From a virus: DNA of 64,000 nucleotides. Location of the stretch: positions 10,973 through 74,972 of IMG/VR virus record IMGVR_UViG_3300033145_001721. One strand, given 5' to 3'. Below, piece after piece: positions 56,734 through 64,000 of the stretch. The notes beneath the pieces are model-generated. The model was not told the DNA's origin, did no database searches, and saw nothing but the letters and a program-made list of their open reading frames with translations. Each line of letters opens with the position of its first letter. The first letter of the stretch is position 1. Both the position numbers and the translations under genes were made by a program.

Positions 56734-57822
56734 ATGCGACGTAAAACTAAAAAAATCGTCAAGCAGTTTTTTGCGACAGACTATAACCGTGTGGGTCTAA
56801 AGTATGGGCTCAGCACAGGTAGCACTATGTTGAATCTTGCATGTAGTGATAATCCATCTTATGGGTTTATCAAAGGGGGATATTATCTTATTGTGGGAGA
56901 CAGCAAAAGTGGTAAAACATGGTTGTCGCTATCGTGTATGGCTGAGGCTGCACGTAATTCACGATTTGCCAACTACCGTTTCATTTACGATAACGGTGAG
57001 GGTGGAGCCATGATGAACTTGGAAAAGTTCTTTGGTGAGAAAATGGCTTCCCGTATAGAGCCTCCAGAAATAGACAAACAAGGAAATGCTGTTCACTCAT
57101 ATTTCCTGGAAGACTTTTACTATCATGTGAATGATGCTTTACAAAGAGAACAGCCATTTATTTATGTGCAAGATAGTGCTGATGTGTTAACAAGCCACGC
57201 CGAGGAAAAGAAGTTTAATGAACAAAGGTTAGCGCATCGAAGAGGCAAAACACCAGCGGGTAAAATGACTGATGGCAAAGCTGCTATCAACTCCCAAGAT
57301 TTGCGTCGTCTGCTAACACCGCTACGTCGAACGGGTAGCATACTAATCATCATAAACCAAACACGCGCTAATCTAGGTTTTGGATATGCAGAGAAAACAC
57401 AGAGCGGGGGAAAGGCTCTGACATTTTATGCTGGTATCGTGATGTGGAGCAGCGTCAAAGGCAAAATCATCAAAACAATAAAGGGCAAGCCACGACAGAT
57501 AGGCACATACTGTGATGTGCGAATCCAAAAAAATCGAATCACGGGGAAAGACCGCCGCGTGATTGTGCCTATATATTGGAGTTGTGGAATCGACGATATT
57601 GGTGCTTGTGTTGATTTTCTGGTTGATGAAAACCATTGGACCAAACCGAAAGGCAGCAATATCATTACAGCCCCCGATTTGGATCTTAAGGGAAAACGGG
57701 AATCCCTAATCAGAATCATTGAGCACAGGGGGCTTGAACGCGACGTACGGGAGACTGTAGCTGAGGTATGGGGTGAGATAGAGTCAGCATGCAAAATCAA
57801 AAGGAAGCCAAGATATGCTTAA
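56734..57822 (+). CDS. recA: RecA/UvsX-like recombinase
   Basis: STGSTMLN, GDSKSGKT, VQDS, IINQTR, SGGKALTFYA, KNRI, GIDD. Confidence 0.9.
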   Translation: MRRKTKKIVKQFFATDYNRVGLKYGLSTGSTMLNLACSDNPSYGFIKGGYYLIVGDSKSGKTWLSLSCMAEAARNSRFANYRFIYDNGEGGAMMNLEKFFGEKMASRIEPPEIDKQGNAVHSYFLEDFYYHVNDALQREQPFIYVQDSADVLTSHAEEKKFNEQRLAHRRGKTPAGKMTDGKAAINSQDLRRLLTPLRRTGSILIIINQTRANLGFGYAEKTQSGGKALTFYAGIVMWSSVKGKIIKTIKGKPRQIGTYCDVRIQKNRITGKDRRVIVPIYWSCGIDDIGACVDFLVDENHWTKPKGSNIITAPDLDLKGKRESLIRIIEHRGLERDVRETVAEVWGEIESACKIKRKPRYA

Positions 57823-58045
57823 CAATATGAGCAATTCAGAAGAAATCGATATTGAGCGACATTGCGGAAATTGCGTATATTATAAACCATCCGTACAAGC
57901 AGGCCAAAAAGGATTTGGTACATGTGCATACCCGATCCCCGCATGGTTGTTAGTTATGTTCTACAAAAGCCGAATGGTAGGTTTGAGTTTCGGGCGCGAT
58001 TGTGATTGCCACAAACTAAAACCACCCACCCCAAAAGCAATATAG
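57815..58045 (+). CDS. Small Cys-rich protein
   Basis: CGNC...C..PIP...G.DC.C. Confidence 0.55.
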   Translation: MLNNMSNSEEIDIERHCGNCVYYKPSVQAGQKGFGTCAYPIPAWLLVMFYKSRMVGLSFGRDCDCHKLKPPTPKAI

Positions 58046-58059
58046 AATTGAGTGCTGAT

Positions 58060-58254
58060 ATGAAAAAGAGTTGTGGTACATGTAAATTTTCATCTCCCAT
58101 TACAAAAGTGAAATATCTTGCGCCAATAGGCAAAAAAAGACTGTTATGTAATTGGATATATGAACATAACATCCCAAGTTCCATGCATATATCCCAATCA
58201 TATATGTTTGAAGATGAAGGTTTTTGTTGTCCTTGTTGGAAGGAGAAACCGTGA
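58060..58254 (+). CDS. Small Cys-rich protein (possible paralogue of 57815..58045)
   Basis: CGTC...C.....IP...G.CCPC; probable start 58060. Confidence 0.5.
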   Translation: MKKSCGTCKFSSPITKVKYLAPIGKKRLLCNWIYEHNIPSSMHISQSYMFEDEGFCCPCWKEKP

Positions 58255-59084
58255 ACCCTTGGCTGTTGTTAGATGTCAATTTCCTGTGCCACCGTATACG
58301 TTACACCATGCCCGCATTAACCTATGATGGTAAAGCAACCGGAATCATCTATGGTTTTCTCCAAACAGTTCTATATCTACAAAAACAATTTGAAAGCAAT
58401 CGTGTTGTTTTTTGTTTTGACTCACGATACAACATCCGCACCGATCTGCTCCCAACATACAAAGCCAATCGTAAAAGAGAATTTGTAGACGAAACCGAAC
58501 AATTATTCATCAAAGACTTTCGTCAGCAAATAGCTATGCTACGTACTAAATATTTGCGGAACATTGGATACGCCAACATATTCCTTCAAACTGGATATGA
58601 AGGCGACGATATCTTAGCATCCATTGCACGCCGTATTCCCAAGCATCAAACGGCTATCATCGTTACGGCCGACCACGATTTGTTTCAGTGTATTCGGGGC
58701 AACGTTTCAGTTTACAATCCAACCAAACGTCAAACCATGAATCCCCAAAGGTTTTACAAAACATATAGAATCAAACCTAACCAATGGCATGAAGTAAAAG
58801 CTATCACAGGGTGTTCATCCGACAACGTCAAAGGTATATCTGGAGTGGGTGAAAAAACAGCCATTAAATATCTCCGCAAAGAAAAAATCAGTACGAGATT
58901 ATACAACTGCATTGAACAGTTCAAACAAACCAGCAACTACAAACTCAATTTAACATTAGTCACATTACCACTTGATGGTACTATGCATTTCAAATTGAGA
59001 CCCAACAAATTCTCTCGTTCTAAGTGGAACAAGCTTATGCGGAAACTTGGCATGTATTCATTAGATCGGAAACCAAATGGCTAA
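58251..59084 (+). CDS. 5'-3' exonuclease / flap endonuclease
   Basis: LLLD, FCFD, YKANR, YEGDD, ADHDL, GCSSDNVKGISGVGEKTA; probable GTG start with AGGAG RBS. Confidence 0.9.
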   Translation: MNPWLLLDVNFLCHRIRYTMPALTYDGKATGIIYGFLQTVLYLQKQFESNRVVFCFDSRYNIRTDLLPTYKANRKREFVDETEQLFIKDFRQQIAMLRTKYLRNIGYANIFLQTGYEGDDILASIARRIPKHQTAIIVTADHDLFQCIRGNVSVYNPTKRQTMNPQRFYKTYRIKPNQWHEVKAITGCSSDNVKGISGVGEKTAIKYLRKEKISTRLYNCIEQFKQTSNYKLNLTLVTLPLDGTMHFKLRPNKFSRSKWNKLMRKLGMYSLDRKPNG

Positions 59085-59733
59085 GAAACGTGGTATGGGC
59101 AAACACAAAGGCAATGCATTTGAGCGAAAAGTCAGCAAGCAATTATCGCTCTGGTGGACACATGGTAAACACGACGACATCTTTTGGCGTACTGATACAT
59201 CAGGGGGCAGAGCAACTATAAGAAAAGGCAAACGAACGTACGGACAGCACGGGGATATCTGTGCGCGGCACGAAAGCGGAACGGCTCTAACAGAGCTTTG
59301 CACCATTGAATGCAAACATGGATATGTAAAAGACAGTCTTGCCGATTTGATAGATCGGCAAGAACGACAAAAGCCTACATACCTCAAATTCATCATGCAG
59401 GCTACCAAAGAAAAACGATCAGCAAAAACACCATACTGGTTGTTGATAACGCAGCGAACCGGACGCGAACCTTTGGTTTTGTTTCCGCACGATATGTTGA
59501 TGAAGTTGTTTCAATACCAAAGCCATTTCTCATTTTTTAATCTTAGTCCGAATTTCAGACTGACTATTAAAGTTCCAGACAAAAAAGAAGCTGTATGGAT
59601 TGCCGGAACTTCACTATCCGAATTTACCCGTTGGATAAATCCTAAGTGTTTCATTCTGTTACATGACAAATGGAAACACCATTTAGCCAGAAAGCGCAAA
59701 CAATGTTACGATACGAAAAACTCAATCAGCTAA
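59077..59733 (+). CDS. Holliday junction resolvase (PD-(D/E)xK)
   Basis: KGNAFERKV...WRT..SGG...GDI...IECK. Confidence 0.8.
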   Translation: MAKKRGMGKHKGNAFERKVSKQLSLWWTHGKHDDIFWRTDTSGGRATIRKGKRTYGQHGDICARHESGTALTELCTIECKHGYVKDSLADLIDRQERQKPTYLKFIMQATKEKRSAKTPYWLLITQRTGREPLVLFPHDMLMKLFQYQSHFSFFNLSPNFRLTIKVPDKKEAVWIAGTSLSEFTRWINPKCFILLHDKWKHHLARKRKQCYDTKNSIS

Positions 59734-60281
59734 TTGAGCAATGGACACGCGCTGAGATTATGGCTCGATATGCTTCTTGGGGCATGCATAACGAATGGGG
59801 TGACTATTTTCAACAGGCACTTGAGTTGCAAGGTAAGATACGCAAGCTGGCGTTGGGCAGCGATAATATACTGGAGCTAGGGTACAAGTGGCATTTGATT
59901 CCCATACCCGAAGATATGCATACAAAAGTTGTTAGCTTAGATGCAAAGCAGAGAAAGAAGGCCAGACGAATGCGTATAGTCCATTGCAAAAGAGAAGACT
60001 ACGATGTGTACATCGGGCGTTCGTCCAAATGGGGTAATCCATTTCGGATAGGCAAACATGGGACGCGCAAAGAGGTCATAAACAAATACCGCCGATGGAT
60101 TCTACGACAACCAAAACTTTTGAATTCATTGGATGAGATTTGTGGCAAAGTCCTTGGCTGTTGGTGTCCCCCAAAACCTTGTCATGGTCAAGTGCTGATT
60201 GATTTATGTATGCGCGATTCTACCAATATTGGAGATGAGTTAAAACTCAAACGGAAAAAAAGTCATGCTAGGAGGCATTAG
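59703..60281 (+). CDS. Unknown N-terminal domain fused to a DUF4326-like domain
   Basis: VHCKRE.YDVYIGR.SKWGNPF...GKVLGCWC.PKPCHG.VL. Confidence 0.75.
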   Translation: MLRYEKLNQLIEQWTRAEIMARYASWGMHNEWGDYFQQALELQGKIRKLALGSDNILELGYKWHLIPIPEDMHTKVVSLDAKQRKKARRMRIVHCKREDYDVYIGRSSKWGNPFRIGKHGTRKEVINKYRRWILRQPKLLNSLDEICGKVLGCWCPPKPCHGQVLIDLCMRDSTNIGDELKLKRKKSHARRH

Positions 60282-60284
60282 GAT

Positions 60285-60494
60285 ATGAAATGGGAACCAA
60301 AAACCTATTATGACAACAAAGCAGTAATTGTGTGGGGATTAAACTTGACTGCCGAGCAAATGGATAGGTTGAAGAAAGGTGAAATATTTTATCGCACCAA
60401 TCCTAATGGAGAAGTGCAAACCATTTTTATGGATAGTTACAATCAAATCCGAGAATCATGCCAGTTCAAAAAAACGGAAAAACCGTCATGTTGA
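60285..60494 (+). CDS. Hypothetical protein
   Basis: Packed ORF. Confidence 0.5.
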   Translation: MKWEPKTYYDNKAVIVWGLNLTAEQMDRLKKGEIFYRTNPNGEVQTIFMDSYNQIRESCQFKKTEKPSC

Positions 60495-61408
60495 AAGGCA
60501 TTAGGATAATCAACCACAGATCGAACCACTCCCTCAAACTTTTATTCAGTAAACATGTGACTACAATCTGTGGTGAAAGCTTTCAAGGCAAAAGCAATGT
60601 CTTACGCGCACTCAAATGGATAGCACTAAACAAACCGGCTGGCATCAGCTTCATATCCTGGGGGCATAAAGAATCTTCTGTCTTACTTGCGACGGACAAA
60701 CACCGCGTGCGAAGAACACGCAGTAAATCGAAAAATACATACGAACTAGACAAACAGGAACTACATGCATTTGGAAATAGTGTACCTGACTCCGTACAAA
60801 ATGCTCTACGTTTGTCCGATCTCAATTTTCAAACCCAGCAAGAAATACCGCATGGTAGCGGACCGTTATTCTGGTTTGCACTTTCATCTGGCGAAGTCAG
60901 CAGACGATTGAACGCTGTTGTAAATTTGGATTTGATAGATCGAATCCAAACGAACGCACAGAAAAAATTACGTACAGCACAAACGCTTGAGCGTGAATAC
61001 GAGCGAATCGTTGAAGAGGAAAGGAACCAATCTGAACAATTAGCCTATGCCAAACAAATGTTCCACGATTGGCAATCCATACATCAACTGCATACTGACA
61101 TCCAGAGAATAACACAACAACGGAATGAATTGAGAAAGCTATTTACAGATGCTCAAAACCAAAAACAAAAAGCTGCAAAGCTGAATAAAATTCTATCAGC
61201 TTTACAAAAGGACTTTGCCCAATTTGAAACTTTACGACAAACGATAATAGAAACAGAAAACGACCGTGATAGTTTGCGTATAATGATTCAAAGAACTCAA
61301 CGAATGCAAACTATGATGTGTGAATTGAATGAGCAAAAAGAAACAACAGAACAAAGATACAAACAAAAGATGAAAGGCCGGTGTCCCTTATGCAATCGAA
61401 AGACTTAG
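60488..61408 (+). CDS. SbcC/Rad50-like ATPase, N-terminal half (Walker A, coiled coil, Zn hook)
   Basis: ICGESFQGKSNVLRAL, NFQTQ, ends GRCPLCNRKT. Confidence 0.82.
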   Translation: MLKGIRIINHRSNHSLKLLFSKHVTTICGESFQGKSNVLRALKWIALNKPAGISFISWGHKESSVLLATDKHRVRRTRSKSKNTYELDKQELHAFGNSVPDSVQNALRLSDLNFQTQQEIPHGSGPLFWFALSSGEVSRRLNAVVNLDLIDRIQTNAQKKLRTAQTLEREYERIVEEERNQSEQLAYAKQMFHDWQSIHQLHTDIQRITQQRNELRKLFTDAQNQKQKAAKLNKILSALQKDFAQFETLRQTIIETENDRDSLRIMIQRTQRMQTMMCELNEQKETTEQRYKQKMKGRCPLCNRKT

Positions 61409-62364
61409 AAGTTGCTGCTATATTTTGTAGTGATTTGCACCTAAGCCTTAACCCGCCAATCTACCGATCCAAAGAACCAGATTGGTTTGCAGCTATGTCG
61501 CGACCTTTATGTGAATTGCGACGGTTGCAAATCAAACATCACTGTCCCGTTATATGTTGTGGTGATGTTTTTGATAAATGGAAAGCAGAACCGGAACTAA
61601 TCAACTTTGCCATAGCACAACTACCAAAACAATTCTATACTATTGCCGGACAGCACGATTTACCAAATCATTGTGTGGAAGATATACACAAAAGCGCATT
61701 ATCTACGCTATGTCTTGCCGGTGTTGCTTGTATATTCAATACACTGAACTATTATCCATTCGCTCCTGATTTTATATTGAAATCTGCACATTATGGTCAG
61801 AAACTAATAGAAGCTTCAAACCATAAAGAAAGCCCAATCAACATAGGTGTAATCCATCAATACAATTGGATTCCACAACATGGGCACCAAAAGGCGAAAG
61901 ACAAATACAAAGTAACATCACGCCGCAAAGAATTCAAAAAATACGACTATGTATTTTGTGGAGACAACCACATACCGTTTTACACACCACTCAAATGGAA
62001 ACATCATATTCGGATGTTTGTAAACTGTGGTGCTATGATGATCCGCAAATCTGATGATAAATTCACACCCACATTTTGGCTTCTGGTAAGCTACAATAAT
62101 AAGCAGGGTAGAACTTTTCGTATTGTCCCTTACAAAATAAATATCAAACACGATGTATATTGGAACAATCCAAAAGTCAAAGAAAAAGAACAGGAACCTT
62201 CTATAGATGACTTAGCTAAATTCAGACAAGAACTCGAAAAGCTAGGTGAGAGCGGACAAGATGTTGTGGCTGGAGTAAAAGCGTATGTCGCTGGTTTGCC
62301 TAACGTTTCATCCAGGACTGTAAACTTTATTGAAAAGGTTTTGTATGAATGCCAAAACCAATAG
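61390..62364 (+). CDS. SbcD/Mre11-like metallophosphoesterase nuclease
   Basis: SDLH, GDVFD, AGQHD, GDNH, NCG. Confidence 0.88.
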   Translation: MQSKDLEVAAIFCSDLHLSLNPPIYRSKEPDWFAAMSRPLCELRRLQIKHHCPVICCGDVFDKWKAEPELINFAIAQLPKQFYTIAGQHDLPNHCVEDIHKSALSTLCLAGVACIFNTLNYYPFAPDFILKSAHYGQKLIEASNHKESPINIGVIHQYNWIPQHGHQKAKDKYKVTSRRKEFKKYDYVFCGDNHIPFYTPLKWKHHIRMFVNCGAMMIRKSDDKFTPTFWLLVSYNNKQGRTFRIVPYKINIKHDVYWNNPKVKEKEQEPSIDDLAKFRQELEKLGESGQDVVAGVKAYVAGLPNVSSRTVNFIEKVLYECQNQ

Positions 62365-62599
62365 ACTGCAAGAGGTTCTTCAACTCCGCAAATCAATACA
62401 TGAATTGGAACAGAGCAAAGCTCGCACGGAAGGTTCACTAGAACAATCGATGTGTATGCTACAAAAGGATTTCAAAGTAACATCCATCGATAAAGCCAAA
62501 CAGCTACTGGCAAAAATGGACGCAACGTTAGCTAAAAAGAATCGAACATTTGAAACCAAACTGGAAAGATTCAAACGGCGATGGAAGAAATATCTGTAA
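62345..62599 (+). CDS. Small coiled-coil protein (possible middle fragment of SbcC)
   Basis: Heptad pattern; lies between SbcD and the SbcC C-terminal half. Confidence 0.55.
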   Translation: MNAKTNRLQEVLQLRKSIHELEQSKARTEGSLEQSMCMLQKDFKVTSIDKAKQLLAKMDATLAKKNRTFETKLERFKRRWKKYL

Positions 62600-63159
62600 A
62601 GCAAATTGATATCGTGGTTCGTAACCGTTACGATAAATACACACAAGGTGTGGCTCAATATACACGCGCAAAGAAACAACACAAACAAGCTCGGACCAAT
62701 AGGATTGTTGCGAAAAAAGGCCAAGTTATTTTGCAACAAGCATCAGAACAAATCCAAAGACAAGCACACGAACAAATTGCAAAAACTATCACACAGTGTC
62801 TACAATTCGTGTTTGGTGATTCCTATTCCTTCTGCATAAAATTTGAACGCAAGAGGAACAGAACCCAAGCCTGTTTACAGTTGCTCAAGGATGGCAACAT
62901 AATCGCTGATCCGGCAAATGAGGATTCGGGTGGTGTGTTGTCTGTGGCCAGTTTTGCTCTCCGATTAAGTTGTCTATTTTTGCATAAACCCACACTGCAA
63001 AAAGTGCTTATTCTGGATGAGCCTTTCTCCCACGTAAGCAAGAAATATCTATCGCGTGTACGCGAATTGTTAGAAAGATTGTCCCAAGAATTTGGATGTC
63101 AAATTATCATGGTCACACATATATCAGAACTACAAATTGGAAAGGTGGTAGAGCTATGA
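62581..63159 (+). CDS. SbcC/Rad50-like ATPase, C-terminal half
   Basis: DSGG signature, LILDEPF Walker B, MVTH. Confidence 0.85.
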   Translation: MEEISVKQIDIVVRNRYDKYTQGVAQYTRAKKQHKQARTNRIVAKKGQVILQQASEQIQRQAHEQIAKTITQCLQFVFGDSYSFCIKFERKRNRTQACLQLLKDGNIIADPANEDSGGVLSVASFALRLSCLFLHKPTLQKVLILDEPFSHVSKKYLSRVRELLERLSQEFGCQIIMVTHISELQIGKVVEL

Positions 63160-63917
63160 GTGTAAACTTGATCCGAAACAAAGGATCGTTCAAGATTCTA
63201 CGCATTACAAAAAACCCGCTGCAACTAATAGAACGATGTGGTCGAACTGCTTATCAAAGCCATGATAAAATAACCAAGGACTCTGCCAAAAAGTTTGTCC
63301 AAATGTTAATCAATCGCGGACATGAATCAGTTCTCGAACACGCTACCATAACAGTACAATTTGATAACGTTAGCAGAGGATTTACACATGAGTTGGTGCG
63401 GCATCGCTTATGTTCGTTCACACAGGAATCAACTCGATATGTAAACGAAAGCAATTTCACATTTATATTTCCTCCGGGATTGCGAGATTGTGAAACAGAA
63501 ATGGACGGGCAAGATATCACGGACGCTATCGAAAAAATAGAAGCTACATACACTGAATTAATAAGCAAAGGATGGCCAGCCCAAGACGCACGTCAAATAC
63601 TTCCCATTGGCATCAAAAGCCAAATCGTCATAACAGCAAATTTTCGACAGTGGCGTCACATCTTTCAACTCCGCACATCCCAATCAGCTCATTGGGAAAT
63701 CCGACGTGTAATGATAATGCTACTCACAACACTTCGCGCCCACATTGTACCCATAGTATTTGATGATATAGTTCCACAATTCACCAAACGAGAAGCTGAA
63801 GATTGGGGTTGGAAGATTATTCAATTCAATCCTGAAATCAGCTCATTGGGAAATCCGACGTGTAATGATAATGCTATTTACAACATTTCGCGCCCACATT
63901 GTACCCATAGTATTTGA
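63156..63917 (+). CDS. thyX: Flavin-dependent thymidylate synthase; C-terminus altered by a tandem duplication
   Basis: GHESVLEH, SRGFTHELVRHRLCSFTQESTRY, DARQILP, NFRQW, AHWEIR. Confidence 0.93.
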   Translation: MSVNLIRNKGSFKILRITKNPLQLIERCGRTAYQSHDKITKDSAKKFVQMLINRGHESVLEHATITVQFDNVSRGFTHELVRHRLCSFTQESTRYVNESNFTFIFPPGLRDCETEMDGQDITDAIEKIEATYTELISKGWPAQDARQILPIGIKSQIVITANFRQWRHIFQLRTSQSAHWEIRRVMIMLLTTLRAHIVPIVFDDIVPQFTKREAEDWGWKIIQFNPEISSLGNPTCNDNAIYNISRPHCTHSI

Positions 63918-63989
63918 TGATATAGTTCCACAATTCACCAAACGAGAAGCTGAAGATTGGGGTTGGAAGATTATTCAATTCAATCCTGA
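63682..63989 (+). repeat. 154-bp tandem duplication
   Basis: 63682-63835 and 63836-63989, three C/T differences. Confidence 0.95.
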
Positions 63990-64000
63990 AAATGGATTCA

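Noticed and set aside
1-64000. tRNA genes, integrase/att site, alternative genetic code
   Set aside because: No cloverleaf or recombinase motifs recognised by eye, and genes are full length under the standard code. tRNAscan and the sequence outside the window would be needed to exclude them.

Overview
The window is most of a tailed dsDNA phage genome with a lambda-like long non-contractile tail and two divergently transcribed arms. The minus-strand arm (1-32.9 kb) carries tail tip, tape measure, tail tube, neck, capsid, portal and terminase genes. A ~9 kb accessory island (lysis-like, envelope, NUDIX, methylase and sigma genes) sits between the capsid protease gene and the gp7/portal genes. 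The plus-strand arm (33-64 kb) carries a nearly self-sufficient replication/recombination set: SNF2 helicase, primase, initiator-like protein, DnaB, beta clamp, split UDG-exonuclease plus PolA, DnaX-like loader, SSB, RecA, 5'-3' exonuclease, resolvase, three-piece SbcC around SbcD, and ThyX. The best candidate for an undescribed system is the 42.6-48.9 kb cluster: two SPL-like radical SAM enzymes, a methyltransferase-like fold, an aldo-keto reductase, a possible second sliding clamp, a small basic peptide and a DUF2156-like (aminoacyl-tRNA-dependent transferase fold) protein, directly upstream of the replisome genes. I interpret it as a candidate DNA hypermodification pathway. Other signals read from the DNA are gene cassettes flanked by duplicated gene ends, a recurring GCGATAATAT promoter-like motif, a -1 frameshift in the tail chaperone, a candidate stem-loop sRNA, and a tail-terminator paralogue fused to a LamG domain and repeat stalk. 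I saw no integrase, tRNA, CRISPR array or reverse transcriptase. All protein calls rest on motif recognition and synteny by eye, with no database search.
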